Made by a program: the position numbers and the translations under genes. Positions 1 through 10,339 of a DNA stretch of 64,000 nucleotides are shown here, in pieces; the first letter of the stretch is position 1, and each line of letters opens with the position of its first letter. The notes under the pieces are model-generated. The model saw only the letters and a program-made list of their open reading frames with translations. It searched no databases and was not told where the DNA came from. Where the stretch lies: the IMG/VR virus record IMGVR_UViG_3300029736_000004; one strand, 5' to 3'. This DNA comes from a virus. Its lineage: Duplodnaviria; Heunggongvirae; Uroviricota; Caudoviricetes.

Positions 1-44
1 CCACTTCGTACTAATCGCTTCAATCCAAAGAACTTCACTTTTCC

Positions 45-278
45 TTAGCGTGTGTTATCGCAGAAATGCCCACGGAACCCCTGGAGGCTTAACTGCCGGT
101 AGTGCCGTAGCCGTTCCATGAAATAGGCGCGCAGGTTTTCCGGTTGCTCACGGGCCACCTGCTCTGCAATCACAGGTATATTCAGTCGTTCTTTGTAAGC
201 AACGCCGCTGGCGGCAAGGTCTACGTTCACCTTGTCTCGCTCTTCCTGGCTTTTAGCTGCTATATTTCGATCTGACAC
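45..278 (-). CDS. hypothetical protein (77 aa)
   Basis: ORF with GTG start preceded by GGGAGG RBS; same orientation as neighbouring minus-strand genes; no recognisable motif. Confidence 0.4.
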   Translation of the reverse strand: MSDRNIAAKSQEERDKVNVDLAASGVAYKERLNIPVIAEQVAREQPENLRAYFMERLRHYRQLSLQGFRGHFCDNTR

Positions 279-310
279 AAGAAACCTCCCGGAGTTAGTG
301 GATCAGGCAC

Positions 311-661
311 ATGCACAATAACGTTCTCAATGTTAGCCGTTCAATTCAGACAATCAGAGACTGCACCAGTGTGGTGGCATCAATCCCATTGCGAAACAGC
401 ATAGACGAACTGCAAATTCGTGTATTGAATCTGAATCAGGCTAATAAGCAATTGCGCTTTATTTTGACGCTGAAAAGTGAAACAGAGGGGATAAAGCACA
501 GCGTAAAAGTATTTTCTGAGGCCATTCTGCTTAATGGGAAGCTCCGGCATCTGGTAAGGCCAGAACGTCAATATCCTGACGTCCTGGCGCGTGAAAAAGA
601 CCTTCTTTCCGAAGTTCAGAATAGGGTGATCGATTTCGTTAAATGCCACCCACTACAATGA
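311..661 (+). CDS. hypothetical protein (116 aa), strand assignment uncertain
   Basis: Protein-like balanced composition but weak RBS; overlaps antisense ORF 380..649 which fits the minus-strand operon better positionally. Confidence 0.25.
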   Translation: MHNNVLNVSRSIQTIRDCTSVVASIPLRNSIDELQIRVLNLNQANKQLRFILTLKSETEGIKHSVKVFSEAILLNGKLRHLVRPERQYPDVLAREKDLLSEVQNRVIDFVKCHPLQ

Positions 662-717
662 TTTGTAGTAACCAGGGGTACTGCGGGTAGCCAAAACTAC
701 AAGCTCACCAGTCATCA

Positions 718-1533
718 TTAATACCGGCATTCATAGCATGAGTATCTCCACTGTTCATGGTCAAAGCACCAGAATGCTTCCCTGGGCAGATTGTGTTTGT
801 TCATTAGCGCCAATACTTGCGTAGGCGTATTCGCGGGAATTTCTGGTAGTAAAGCCTTCGCCATTTCATGAACCAACATGGCATCAATGACGCCTAGCGT
901 ATGGCCTGCCTTAATCTTTAATGCAGTTTCAAGATAGCTCCTTTCCAGAGTTGTGCTTACTCTTGGCTTCGGCACCTCTTGTGGATGAGTATCCAGACGG
1001 TTGCCAGATTCATAGGCTACCCGCAGCCAGTGCATGAATGTTTCAGTAGACACACAACCGCAGTCCAGGTCGATTTTTTCGCGTTGTTGCCCCAGCCATT
1101 GCTCAAAATTTAACTTATTGGATGCTTCAAGAGCCTCTTCGTATTGTTTGCGCGAAATTATTTCCGTGTATTCCTCGCGATAAAGGTTACTTATCGGAAG
1201 CCTGACCTCAAGGCAAAAATTGCGCCCACACGGGCTTTTCGCTGGATCAGAGCCAAAAGCAAAGAAACCATATGATGGTTCACAGCAGTCCTCTCTAACC
1301 ATGCGACAATCGAGCATATCATCAGGCCACCCTCCACGCTTTGGCAGCTCCTGCACCAACAAGTCAATCAGCTTTATACTCTCACCGTCTTTGCAGGTTG
1401 CTAACGCTATTTGGGCAAGCTCCAATACCTCATCTGCCGTGTATCCAGCGCCGTGTCCATACATTTCGATGCGTGCAATAATCTCTGATATGCGGAATTT
1501 AGTGATTTTAGTCATAGTTTTATTTCCTTGCAT
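718..1533 (-). CDS. hypothetical protein (271 aa)
   Basis: Long ORF, AAAGG RBS upstream of ATG; no recognisable catalytic motif. Confidence 0.5.
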   Translation of the reverse strand: MQGNKTMTKITKFRISEIIARIEMYGHGAGYTADEVLELAQIALATCKDGESIKLIDLLVQELPKRGGWPDDMLDCRMVREDCCEPSYGFFAFGSDPAKSPCGRNFCLEVRLPISNLYREEYTEIISRKQYEEALEASNKLNFEQWLGQQREKIDLDCGCVSTETFMHWLRVAYESGNRLDTHPQEVPKPRVSTTLERSYLETALKIKAGHTLGVIDAMLVHEMAKALLPEIPANTPTQVLALMNKHNLPREAFWCFDHEQWRYSCYECRY

Positions 1534-1721
1534 GGTTCGCCTTTACGGCATACAGCTACACGGTCATTTCTTACATTAACCACTGTCACCGTTCCGTCAT
1601 CACATTGAATAACGATGAAAGGGTGTTCATTCTCTTTTGTGCAATGTTGCTGTTCTCCAGCCATTGCAGCCGGAGGAGCAAATAGCGCCAGAACAAATGC
1701 CAACCTTAAAAAATGCTTCAT
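1512..1721 (-). CDS. small secreted protein (signal peptide, Cys-containing)
   Basis: N-terminal hydrophobic signal MKHFLRLAFVLALFAPPAAMA followed by Cys-containing mature region. Confidence 0.45.
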   Translation of the reverse strand: MKHFLRLAFVLALFAPPAAMAGEQQHCTKENEHPFIVIQCDDGTVTVVNVRNDRVAVCRKGEPCKEIKL

Positions 1722-1728
1722 TTGGCCT

Positions 1729-1780
1729 TATCCGTTATCAAAATTGGAATATCCGTTATCACGAGCGTGATATCCGTTAT
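1729..1780. repeat. three direct repeats of (A)TATCCGTTAT at about 21-bp spacing
   Basis: Copies at 1729-1738, 1749-1759, 1770-1780, immediately upstream of the 1512..1721 gene start. Confidence 0.6.
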
Positions 1781-1962
1781 GAAGGGGGTAATAAAATTAC
1801 TTAGTAATACCCTCCTCCAGACTGAACGCCAGCGATAACCCAGGCTGCAAGAAGCGTAAATCCACTCCCAGCTTCACATTCAAGCGTTCCCCATTCAACA
1901 CCACCAGCCAACAAAACAAATAACAAACAAAAAAGTAATCCAAAATTTCTTTCTGTTTTTCA

Positions 1963-2262
1963 TTATGGTTGACTCCAGTTATCTTCAATAACAATGCTCA
2001 ATCTTTGTAGCCATTCTGCTAACTTCAGCATTGCTTCTCTTTCGCTTAAACCACGAGGGAAATCATCAAGCGATATTGTTGGCTTGAAATTCCCGAAATT
2101 ATCCATTTCAACGGTCAGATTTTGCTCCAGCACGGTATTCCTTACGCGGCTATTGTGCCGGAGCAAATATACTGAGCGCGATTTATTGGTTTTGTGGTCT
2201 AGCTTATATTCGGTAAGTATCATATGGCTTCTGCCATGATTATTACCGCGCCACATAATCAC
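1963..2262 (-). CDS. hypothetical protein (99 aa)
   Basis: ORF only; fits minus-strand gene series. Confidence 0.3.
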   Translation of the reverse strand: MIMWRGNNHGRSHMILTEYKLDHKTNKSRSVYLLRHNSRVRNTVLEQNLTVEMDNFGNFKPTISLDDFPRGLSEREAMLKLAEWLQRLSIVIEDNWSQP

Positions 2263-2268
2263 TCCGTG

Positions 2269-2670
2269 TTAATAAGAAAAGTAGACCGTTGCGACTCTGT
2301 TATATTGATCGAACGAAATAGCATTTACTTCATAGCTGGTGGGTATCTTTTCGCCAAGAATGTAACCAGGCCATGATTTCCACGGAATTTCTGCTCGTTC
2401 GTCATGCCACACTGCGCAACCAAGAGAACCGACCGTCTCTCCATACCGTTTTCCGCAAGTAACAAAGCCTATATTTGGCTTATCTTGCGTGACTGCTACA
2501 GTGGTAGTATTTGCGGATGCATTGATTGCAGTGCGTTGCTCCTGCTCGCTTGCGGCTGAGGCGCTAATTGCTGCCGTTGTTGCGGCGGTTGCAACAATAA
2601 CCGATGCATGTGATAAATGGCAGGCAGATAACATTGCCAGAAAAATAATAGTTCTCCGAAATTTAGCCAT
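2269..2670 (-). CDS. putative lipoprotein
   Basis: Start chosen at MAKFRR with AAAGGG RBS; signal peptide with LSAC lipobox-like motif. Confidence 0.45.
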   Translation of the reverse strand: MAKFRRTIIFLAMLSACHLSHASVIVATAATTAAISASAASEQEQRTAINASANTTTVAVTQDKPNIGFVTCGKRYGETVGSLGCAVWHDERAEIPWKSWPGYILGEKIPTSYEVNAISFDQYNRVATVYFSY

Positions 2671-2846
2671 TGATTTACCCTTTATTGCGAACATATTTAG
2701 CTGTGTGTTGCCGATGCGCGGAGATTCTCTTATATCAATTCCACGCGCTCTGCTAACGAGCAATCCAAATAATCATCCGGATGCTTGTCGGTGTTATTAA
2801 TGATGCGAATCCTCAAATCTTTTCACCTTTGAGGATAAGTTGCAGG

Positions 2847-3893
2847 TTAGCCACGGTTAACTCCTTGCTGTGTGGCGTCGAGTAATAAATCCCACAACCG
2901 CTGAGAGCAATTTCCGCATGTACAGCGTTGACCCACAACGTTTATCGCGTTGCTGATTTCCGGCGTTACCTGTTTAGGAACCATAACCCAACCATCCGGA
3001 GTTACCGGAAGCGAGAACGGCAGCACATCTCTGTGAACAAGTTTTTGCTGTGACAGGTTATCCAGAACTTTCTGTACTGCTGCATCACCGAATACACCAA
3101 GCGCATCTGCCATAACTCCTACAACCTGATAAGCCTCAGCGCATACCGTGGATAAACCATCCGGAATTACCGGAGAGTTGCCTGCCAGTCTACGCAAAAC
3201 AGTCTTAACCGCCTCAATACGGTCATCATCGCAACTTTCCAGCGTATCTATGCGATCGAGCATGATGATGGCGTTATCAATATCAGGATTGCCGGTCCAC
3301 TCATTACCGCGATTGGATTCGGCAGCCTGGTTGCCGCGTACTGGTTGATTCTCGGCTTTACCCTGTCTGTCGTCGCTGCATGAATGCCCTTCCAGCCAGA
3401 CCAGTGCTTGTCGCATGAAATACGCAATATGCTTGCCGTGGTAATCGTCTTCATCGATGTGAAAAGCGATACTGCGGATATATTCAATTGCGTTTTCAAT
3501 GGCCTCCGGCGTTATCGGTGCTGACATATTTTTATTTTGGAGTGCCAAGACGCGGCTGGCATCCTCTACGCCTTTAACTGCATCTGCGCAGTAGTTATAG
3601 CGATTGCATTCCACTAACTTCTGCTTGAGATTTTCAATTGCTTGTGCGACATCAGCCTGCAATTCCGGAACTGGCGGAGTGGCATATAACGGCACCCACT
3701 TTGGTGCTTTATCCCCGACCGAACGCTGATACCAGTCACCCGGTTTGTATTCATAAAAATCACCAACTGGCTCTGCTTCCAGAGATGCCAGCGCAATTTC
3801 ATAAGCACGGCGCTCAATATTGTCTCGCACGTCCAGACTGCCTATGCGCTCTTTGATTTCTTTAATCAGTTCTTTGTCGGTTAAAGTGGTCAT
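2847..3893 (-). CDS. hypothetical phage protein (348 aa)
   Basis: Long ORF, C-terminal CTCGNC motif; no confident family assignment. Confidence 0.5.
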   Translation of the reverse strand: MTTLTDKELIKEIKERIGSLDVRDNIERRAYEIALASLEAEPVGDFYEYKPGDWYQRSVGDKAPKWVPLYATPPVPELQADVAQAIENLKQKLVECNRYNYCADAVKGVEDASRVLALQNKNMSAPITPEAIENAIEYIRSIAFHIDEDDYHGKHIAYFMRQALVWLEGHSCSDDRQGKAENQPVRGNQAAESNRGNEWTGNPDIDNAIIMLDRIDTLESCDDDRIEAVKTVLRRLAGNSPVIPDGLSTVCAEAYQVVGVMADALGVFGDAAVQKVLDNLSQQKLVHRDVLPFSLPVTPDGWVMVPKQVTPEISNAINVVGQRCTCGNCSQRLWDLLLDATQQGVNRG

Positions 3894-3903
3894 AAATTAT
3901 GCC

Positions 3904-4437
3904 TCAGTTGTATCCGATTGGATTAACCGCAACAATAACGCCATCCGCGAACAAATCTTTAATGAGGTGTTCGCTCGGCTCGCCTTTTTCGTACTCTTCA
4001 ATAAGGTAAGTGTCTCCATCCTCATTGATATAAACTGGAAGAATGGAACCGTTGATGAAGTAGGTTCCGTTGTTATCGAGGATTTTTGCCTCGGCGATTT
4101 GTTTTTTGGTAAAACGATCTTCTTTTTTCAAAGTTGCCATATCTGTTTCCTTATGTGGGTTAATTTTATTGTGTAGCTTCCTGAATGGGGTCCACACTAT
4201 ATCGATATACAGTTCAACTAACGGTTCAAATACTTTCCCCATTAGAACAGTCACTAATATTGAGGCTATTGGTATCAGCAACACGAAAAACAGAATGATA
4301 AACAGCAATTCTAGTGCTCTACTCTTTCGCGGATATTCTTTTCTGAATAAAGTGGGCATTTCCTCCCCATTAAATGCCTCAATGATTTCTCCAGTGTTTT
4401 GCGCTGCACCTGAATTATCTTTAAATCCTTCTTTCAT
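3904..4437 (-). CDS. membrane protein (177 aa), AT-rich gene
   Basis: Central transmembrane segment LELLFIILFFVLLIPIASILVTVL; locally low GC. Confidence 0.5.
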   Translation of the reverse strand: MKEGFKDNSGAAQNTGEIIEAFNGEEMPTLFRKEYPRKSRALELLFIILFFVLLIPIASILVTVLMGKVFEPLVELYIDIVWTPFRKLHNKINPHKETDMATLKKEDRFTKKQIAEAKILDNNGTYFINGSILPVYINEDGDTYLIEEYEKGEPSEHLIKDLFADGVIVAVNPIGYN

Positions 4438-5132
4438 CGTTTGCTATCTTCCTCACACCCAAGATATGAAAGAGATGTAATTGCTTTTGCACGGAAACCA
4501 CCAACCTTGCTAAGTGCGCTTTTAAGTGCGTCAAGGTCAGATTGTGATTTGATCATGAAAGTTAACCGCGCAATTCCAGACATAGAGTCAGAACCATTCA
4601 CTGCGTTGTAGTGATATATGTATCGGGTGACTGATTGAGTCACGCCCTCCTGCTGGTGGTTTATATTGGCGTCCTGTCTTGTGTTGGCCTGCTCCAACTC
4701 TTCGATACGTTCAGCCATCGCAGCACACTCTTCAAAGTTGCTTAATGCTTTTCGCTCCGATTCAGCGCATTGTTTTTCCAGTTCTGCTATGCGCTTACCT
4801 CCATCCGCGATTACTCCCTCGTAATGCTCGCGCTGCTCGTTGAGTTTTGATTTTGCCGACTCCAGTTGTTTTGTTAGTTCCACAATACGGCAAACATCGT
4901 TGATACGCGTTTCCTCTAATGCGTTGATCTCATCCAGTAGTGCCAAAGCAACCTTGGGATTAAAGGCAGCAATAAATTCAGCGTTGTTTTTCAGAACGTG
5001 TTGCGCAATGGCCTGACTACTTAGTCGGACCTCATAACCACGTGCGCCACGGTGTGGTTTATATGAGTCCCAGTCTCCCCACGTTGCTTTCACTGCCGCC
5101 TCACGCAGTGCCTGGTAATTAATTTCGCTCAC
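4434..5132 (-). CDS. Ead/Ea22-like family protein
   Basis: N-terminus [13 protein letters not shown] typical of lambdoid Ead/Ea22-like proteins; coiled-coil middle; start overlaps upstream stop. Confidence 0.6.
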   Translation of the reverse strand: MSEINYQALREAAVKATWGDWDSYKPHRGARGYEVRLSSQAIAQHVLKNNAEFIAAFNPKVALALLDEINALEETRINDVCRIVELTKQLESAKSKLNEQREHYEGVIADGGKRIAELEKQCAESERKALSNFEECAAMAERIEELEQANTRQDANINHQQEGVTQSVTRYIYHYNAVNGSDSMSGIARLTFMIKSQSDLDALKSALSKVGGFRAKAITSLSYLGCEEDSKR

Positions 5133-5577
5133 TGGTTGCCTCCTTATTAATCAGTTTATACAGGTGCACCACAGTCACAGAGAGTGCATCCATCGCTCGT
5201 TTATCCAGGCGCGGGGCCAGAGCAACCAGTTCATTTATTGCAATCTGAATACGCTGCTCCGCCGCCAGCGTCGCGCGATTGCTCTCCAGTTCTGCAATTC
5301 GGCACATGGCATCAATATTTGCGTCTTCCAGGCGCTTAATTTCGCCCAGTAGCGCCAGCGCAACTTTTGGTGGGATAGCCGCGATATAACGGGCATTGGC
5401 ACCAGCGTTTCTCAGCCCATCAATACCAGGCCAGTCAATAAAGTATCCGCAATGCCTACCCTCAGACGTGCGCGCAGGATAAATGCCGTTATGACCCGGC
5501 AAAATATATGCTACCCATTCATCTTGCGTTGCCTGTTCCGCCGCCTCGCGCAGTTCTTGATAGTTAATTTTGATCAC
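5119..5577 (-). CDS. Ead/Ea22-like family protein
   Basis: N-terminus (V)IKINYQELREAAEQA; GTG start overlapping upstream stop in conserved junction GGAGGCAACCAGTGA. Confidence 0.6.
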   Translation of the reverse strand: MIKINYQELREAAEQATQDEWVAYILPGHNGIYPARTSEGRHCGYFIDWPGIDGLRNAGANARYIAAIPPKVALALLGEIKRLEDANIDAMCRIAELESNRATLAAEQRIQIAINELVALAPRLDKRAMDALSVTVVHLYKLINKEATSERN

Positions 5578-5830
5578 TGGTTGCCTCCGCTTCCCACGTT
5601 TTCAGACTTTCACCACAGAACGGGCAAAATGAAATTCGAATCGGCGATTTAGAAAACTCGCCTGACCGCAGCATGATCAGGTCTTGTGAATGAATTAATG
5701 CATGGTTATAGATTTTGTATTTCAGCAGACCTTTTCGCGTCGTGTATTCAGCGTCATGTTCCAGGGATTGCGTCAACGCCGCGCACGGTTCTATCTTGTT
5801 GCCATTAATTTGGCATTTTGACTCACTCAC
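5564..5830 (-). CDS. small Cys-containing protein (about 88 aa)
   Basis: GTG start at 5830 in the conserved junction (GGAGG then GTGA overlap); FCPFCG motif. Confidence 0.4.
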   Translation of the reverse strand: MSESKCQINGNKIEPCAALTQSLEHDAEYTTRKGLLKYKIYNHALIHSQDLIMLRSGEFSKSPIRISFCPFCGESLKTWEAEATSDQN

Positions 5831-6066
5831 TGGTTGCCTCCTTTGCGGAGTTGCGCTGCGATGCACGAAAAAAAAGACTCCCGAGTATGACAGTTAAGAG
5901 CTGGTGCGAACGCCGCGTTAAGAACGGCGGCATCACAGCCGTCATCAATATAGAGCGCAATTTTTTTCTCCAGGCGCGCTTTGGCTTCCTGCAACTGCAT
6001 ACCCCGGCACGCACGCGGGATATAATCAGCAATTTGAGCGATAGCTTTTTCGTTCTGTTTAAACAT
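5827..6066 (-). CDS. small protein with Ea22-type C-terminal tail (LRKGGNQ)
   Basis: Ends with the same [10 protein letters not shown] tail as the larger Ea22-like proteins at 9629 and 11143. Confidence 0.45.
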   Translation of the reverse strand: MFKQNEKAIAQIADYIPRACRGMQLQEAKARLEKKIALYIDDGCDAAVLNAAFAPALNCHTRESFFSCIAAQLRKGGNQ

Positions 6067-6262
6067 GCTTCACCTCGATAGGCTTGATGGTGTCTAACAG
6101 CAGTCGGCGGCGCGTATTTTCTGCAAAATGGCGGCGTCCAGTTTCTTTGTGGTAAAACTCGTTTTTGCCAACGACCCACATCCGCTCTGTTTGGTGCAGT
6201 TTTTTTACCTGCGGGCCATCTTTGGTGATCACGGTACCGGTATGGGTTTTTACGATTGTCAT
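6059..6262 (-). CDS. hypothetical protein (67 aa)
   Basis: ORF in operon context. Confidence 0.4.
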   Translation of the reverse strand: MTIVKTHTGTVITKDGPQVKKLHQTERMWVVGKNEFYHKETGRRHFAENTRRRLLLDTIKPIEVKHV

Positions 6263-6311
6263 GCCACTACCTATTCGAACAGATGAACGAGATTTGATGC
6301 ATACTCACGGT

Positions 6312-7040
6312 TTATTCCTGAATGCGCTTAAACTCGATTACCCACACCCAGGGATTAGCGTTCCAGCTTTCTTCACCATAGATGGATTCCCACAGGCGCT
6401 GGAACGCAACCTTGGCCATTGCGAAATCCCCCTTGGGAGTAAGGAATGTTCCCGGGTGATCAGGGAGCAAACTTCCAGCAGGCGGAACGCCCTCATCCCT
6501 TGCATCGCATTCGCTGATATCGTTCAACCGCTCAACGCGCACGTTGGTAATTTCCAACAGGATGCGTGATGCCCATCGCGGCATGTGAATTGATGGACGC
6601 CACCCACCATCAAACTTTTCATTCACAGTGTGAGGTTTCCAGTCGGCATCATCGGGTATCGACCATAAACCGTAATCACCAGGCTTTTGCTCACAACTGG
6701 CCCGATAAATCCTTGCTGCGTTCTTCTCATCGCCACGACAAAGGTTGTCGTTCCAGTCCACACTGCAACCATCTTCATTGCCTAATATCGCCCATGTTTC
6801 ACGAACCCAAATTCGATCGCCGACGATACCAAAGGGGCAATTGAAAACACTGCTTACACCATCAGCCCCGTACCACTGAAAACCTGCACCAATTTCCCTA
6901 ACCATCACTGGTGCTTCTGGACCAACTTCCGCAGGCTGATTTTTCATTATCCGCCGCGTCTGCGTTTTCCTTCCTTCGAGGATGGCTCGGACCATCTCAT
7001 CGTTAAAAATCATCCCGCGTTCTTTCATTTTTTGATCCAC
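6312..7040 (-). CDS. conserved prophage protein (242 aa)
   Basis: N-terminal MIFNDEMVRAILEGRKTQTRR motif resembling prophage proteins of unknown function. Confidence 0.5.
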   Translation of the reverse strand: MDQKMKERGMIFNDEMVRAILEGRKTQTRRIMKNQPAEVGPEAPVMVREIGAGFQWYGADGVSSVFNCPFGIVGDRIWVRETWAILGNEDGCSVDWNDNLCRGDEKNAARIYRASCEQKPGDYGLWSIPDDADWKPHTVNEKFDGGWRPSIHMPRWASRILLEITNVRVERLNDISECDARDEGVPPAGSLLPDHPGTFLTPKGDFAMAKVAFQRLWESIYGEESWNANPWVWVIEFKRIQE

Positions 7041-7044
7041 ACCA

Positions 7045-8040
7045 TCAGTTATTGAACGTGATCACTCCGCGCTCGATGGCGAAGTCGAAAAGCTGGTTGG
7101 CGGCTACGTAAAGGCGTATGCCATGTGCTTTTTCCCATGCCCGGACATCGTTTTCTGCGCTTCTGGCGCATTCATCGCAAAGAGGAACGGCCCAGCGATC
7201 GTGTTCGTTTAACGAGCGGGCGCGGTACATGAACGGGTGATTAACTTTGCCTCCGCATCCGATGCACGGACGAGAAATCACAAACCGGAGATAAGCCGGG
7301 CTTTTACCGAGAACCGCTTTTGGTCGGCGCATATACAGCAGGCCGGAATCCTCATCTACAGACAGGTTGACGATCTGCTCTGCGGTTATGTCCACCAGCT
7401 CACGGGTGCTGTGCTCCCAGGTGATATCCGATTCTTTCAGTGTGCCGGTAGGGATTTCCTGTTTTGGCTGACAAAATGCAATGCGACCGGCTTCATCTGG
7501 CAGCTCGTCTTTCAGATTCCGGCGAATGGCCCAAAAAGTGAGTTCAACCATGCTCAGATCGCGTTCTGGCGGTAGTTTTAACTCGCTCGCAGCCCAGTTC
7601 ATAACCCAGTTGGCACGATTCAGGGATAACTGGTCATCCAGCTTGCCGTACCCCTTCATCATGTATTCCGCATCATGCTTCCAGCACAGGCGAACGGCAG
7701 AGCCGTTATAGAAATGAGTGGTTAGCTGGTGGCTGCAATCGCGCTTATCGTGCGCCTGGCAATCGTGGATATTGGAACTTACCCAATGAACAAGCGAATC
7801 TTCACCGCCTAATGCGTTAAATACGCGCTCGCTTTGAAAAAATGCTTTCAGAGACTGGTTGGCAACCAGCGAATAGTTCAGATCCACTACGCCATCTGGC
7901 GTGTTTTCAGCCTGTTCGCGCGGAAGTGGAGAGATAATGAAACGGCGACCTGCGCCAATGTAGTTGCTGGTGGGCTTGTCTACCGGAAAGACAGCCACAC
8001 CAGCTCCGTTTACGAAATGAGGTGTGATTATTGCACTCAT
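7045..8040 (-). CDS. prophage protein with C-terminal Cys-rich HNH-like motif (YdfU/DUF968-like)
   Basis: C-terminal CIGCGG ... HPFMYRARSLNEHDRWAVPLCDEC pattern. Confidence 0.45.
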   Translation of the reverse strand: MSAIITPHFVNGAGVAVFPVDKPTSNYIGAGRRFIISPLPREQAENTPDGVVDLNYSLVANQSLKAFFQSERVFNALGGEDSLVHWVSSNIHDCQAHDKRDCSHQLTTHFYNGSAVRLCWKHDAEYMMKGYGKLDDQLSLNRANWVMNWAASELKLPPERDLSMVELTFWAIRRNLKDELPDEAGRIAFCQPKQEIPTGTLKESDITWEHSTRELVDITAEQIVNLSVDEDSGLLYMRRPKAVLGKSPAYLRFVISRPCIGCGGKVNHPFMYRARSLNEHDRWAVPLCDECARSAENDVRAWEKAHGIRLYVAANQLFDFAIERGVITFNN

Positions 8041-8082
8041 AATGTATACCGACTCTGTTTTGTTCCGAGCGGTAAAATAATA

Positions 8083-8113
8083 TGTTAGAAAATTAAAATC
8101 AACATTCTAACAC
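8083..8113. promoter_or_regulatory. operator-like inverted motif (site A)
   Basis: TGTTAGAAAATT-9 bp-ATTCTAACAC in the intergenic region upstream of the 7045..8040 gene. Confidence 0.5.
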
Positions 8114-8144
8114 GGTTTTGAGTGCATAAACGATGTGTTCAGGA

Positions 8145-8831
8145 TTACGGCTGGCCTCCCTTCACCTGCTTTAGCGTCAGATTTCCGCAAAAAACCGCGC
8201 CAGTGTCTATGTAGTGCTGGTTCCAGAAAGATTTCGGGCTGTTTACTGGCGTATGCCCGAAAATAAAGCTATCTGCACCAGTGATCATTCCACCAACACC
8301 ATCAACCGCGTCATAAAATCGCTCACGCCGCCAGGTAACATTGAGATCGCTAACAGGTTTACCAAACTGGTATTCGTTATCAGGATAGTCGGCATGGGCT
8401 ATAACGATAGTTTCATGCCCGGTGTTCAACTCAATGATATAGGGTAAACGTCTTACCAGCTCCACCAGCGCCCTGGCTAATATTTCCCGATCAGCGTCCA
8501 GCATGAAGAACCATTGGCCGCCATTCATTAGCCAGTTATTCACGTTGCCTGCGGGGCTTAACGCATCGATCATTAATCGCTCGTGGTTTCCCATAACCGA
8601 CCGAAACCAGGGCATCTGCAATAGCTCCAGGCATTCAACATTTTCGGTGCCGCGATCGATAAGGTCGCCAACCGATATCAGTAAATCCTGTGTCGGGTCA
8701 AAGTCCACACGATGAAGTTCAGACATCAATCTGGTGTAGCAACCATGCAGATCACCAACAACCCATATGTTTCTGTAGCCTGAACCATCAATACTGCTAT
8801 ATAAATTCACTTCATGCAGCGCCTGGGTCAT
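8145..8831 (-). CDS. Ser/Thr protein phosphatase (lambda phosphatase family)
   Basis: GDLHGC, GDLIDRG, GNHE metallophosphatase motifs and overall similarity to lambda orf221 phosphatase; start at MTQALHE overlapping upstream stop. Confidence 0.85.
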   Translation of the reverse strand: MTQALHEVNLYSSIDGSGYRNIWVVGDLHGCYTRLMSELHRVDFDPTQDLLISVGDLIDRGTENVECLELLQMPWFRSVMGNHERLMIDALSPAGNVNNWLMNGGQWFFMLDADREILARALVELVRRLPYIIELNTGHETIVIAHADYPDNEYQFGKPVSDLNVTWRRERFYDAVDGVGGMITGADSFIFGHTPVNSPKSFWNQHYIDTGAVFCGNLTLKQVKGGQP

Positions 8832-9139
8832 GCGGCAACCTTCTCCCGCAGCCAGATACAAACCGGGCCATCTTCAGTGTCATGAATAGAGCCAACAAAC
8901 CATCCTTCGCCCTCTGGTCGCTCTGGTTCCCAGGCGGCAATATCGGGACCATCTGCGTCCAGATTAAAATGATCTTCATCCATACTGCGAATAGTCCACT
9001 GAAGATTATTTTCCTTCATCCAGGCGTCAAATTCCTCAGTGGATATATATTCACGACCTGCGCAAAACTTTTCATACTCCGGATGTGTCCAGCAGCCATA
9101 TTCATCACGTTCTACCGGCATTTCTTTAATGATGCTCAC
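8828..9139 (-). CDS. hypothetical protein (103 aa)
   Basis: ORF, translationally coupled in the operon. Confidence 0.45.
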   Translation of the reverse strand: MSIIKEMPVERDEYGCWTHPEYEKFCAGREYISTEEFDAWMKENNLQWTIRSMDEDHFNLDADGPDIAAWEPERPEGEGWFVGSIHDTEDGPVCIWLREKVAA

Positions 9140-9360
9140 TCTTCATCCTCCAAGTCGGCAACGGCCTCCATCACATCAGAACCGCGAATAACCTCAAAAG
9201 CACGGCAGGCCATTTCAAACACCTGTTGTTCTTGCGGATGCGGTGACTCCCAATACTTAAAACCAGGTCGATGCTCGTAACCCAACATGGAATAAAAATC
9301 GCCAGCAAGCTCAATCGCGGCATCAACAAGTTCGCGATTTGTCATCGTCTGTTCTGTCAT
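9136..9360 (-). CDS. small acidic hypothetical protein (74 aa)
   Basis: ORF, coupled. Confidence 0.45.
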   Translation of the reverse strand: MTEQTMTNRELVDAAIELAGDFYSMLGYEHRPGFKYWESPHPQEQQVFEMACRAFEVIRGSDVMEAVADLEDEE

Positions 9361-9632
9361 TTTGTTTTCTCCTGTCTGAACATCACTATCATCAGGTCGC
9401 CTTTTGTCGCTATCCTGGCTGTTGTACCTGGTTCAATGCGGCTAAGCTCAAATGCGTCATAGAACGCTTCTAATGCCTTCTGGCGTAGTTCCTGTTTGCG
9501 CCGTTTTTTCCACTGTTTCAGGAAAATGGAACCCAGCCATCGCCATGTACGGGACATGATGTAAAGCCAACCGAGAAGTGCCAGACCGGTATTTAGGAGC
9601 GTATCGATCTTTATTGTCGTGTCGATATTCAC
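9357..9632 (-). CDS. small membrane protein (91 aa)
   Basis: Hydrophobic segment LLNTGLALLGWLYIM; start overlaps upstream stop. Confidence 0.45.
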   Translation of the reverse strand: MNIDTTIKIDTLLNTGLALLGWLYIMSRTWRWLGSIFLKQWKKRRKQELRQKALEAFYDAFELSRIEPGTTARIATKGDLMIVMFRQEKTK

Positions 9633-10339
9633 TGGCTGCCTCCTTTGCGAAGCTGTTCAGCAATACTTACGCATATCTCTGCGCCTCTAATCAGCCCCGG
9701 AACGTTCTTGTTTGGCCCAACTTCACCATCGACAAAATCAATCATCGCGTTACGAGCCATATCCACGCCCTGCGCACGTACTTCAGCCAGGAAAGCATCG
9801 GTGGCTGGGGTGTCAACACGGATACTGTCGCGCAAGATGAAAAATGCATTGAGCATTCCAGTCTCTGGCACTTCATCCTGATGCTTCTCATACGCATCAA
9901 GAGCCTTCATCATCTCAGCTCCGAATGGTTGAGGGTGCACAGACTTCAGCTCCGCATTCTCCGCCGCCAGCACCGCGCGTTCGCTCTCCAGTTCTGTAAT
10001 GCGCCGTCTTGCAGCATCCAGTTCAATCGACAATTTTTCCAACTGCTCTTTATGCTTCTTGTATTCCTGATATGCGTGCCAAGACTGACCTTTGCGCACA
10101 CTATCCGTGATATCAGTAATCTGTTCTGGTGTTAGCGTGGTCAGTGGCTGTGCTGGGAAAATCAGCACTTTCCCGGCATCCCAATCAAACCCCACCTGAA
10201 TTGACTGAACCTCAACTGATGGTGTTGAACCGATGCGACCAGGCGAATGAACAACGATCGTTACATCCATATCGCGACGATGGCTGTGGTTGTTGGACAA
10301 AATACGATTCACCAACTCCGAGAATTTGGAAAATTTCAT
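9629..10339 (-). CDS. Ea22-like protein (coiled-coil, C-terminal [10 protein letters not shown] tail)
   Basis: Start taken at MKFSKF (ATGA overlap with upstream stop); shared C-terminal module with 11143..11817. Confidence 0.5.
   Translation of the reverse strand: MKFSKFSELVNRILSNNHSHRRDMDVTIVVHSPGRIGSTPSVEVQSIQVGFDWDAGKVLIFPAQPLTTLTPEQITDITDSVRKGQSWHAYQEYKKHKEQLEKLSIELDAARRRITELESERAVLAAENAELKSVHPQPFGAEMMKALDAYEKHQDEVPETGMLNAFFILRDSIRVDTPATDAFLAEVRAQGVDMARNAMIDFVDGEVGPNKNVPGLIRGAEICVSIAEQLRKGGSQ

Noticed and set aside
380-649. 89-aa minus-strand ORF overlapping the 311..661 plus-strand ORF
   Set aside because: Only one of the two can be real; the minus ORF has an aromatic-rich, atypical composition. 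Kept the plus-strand ORF at low confidence and flagged the ambiguity.
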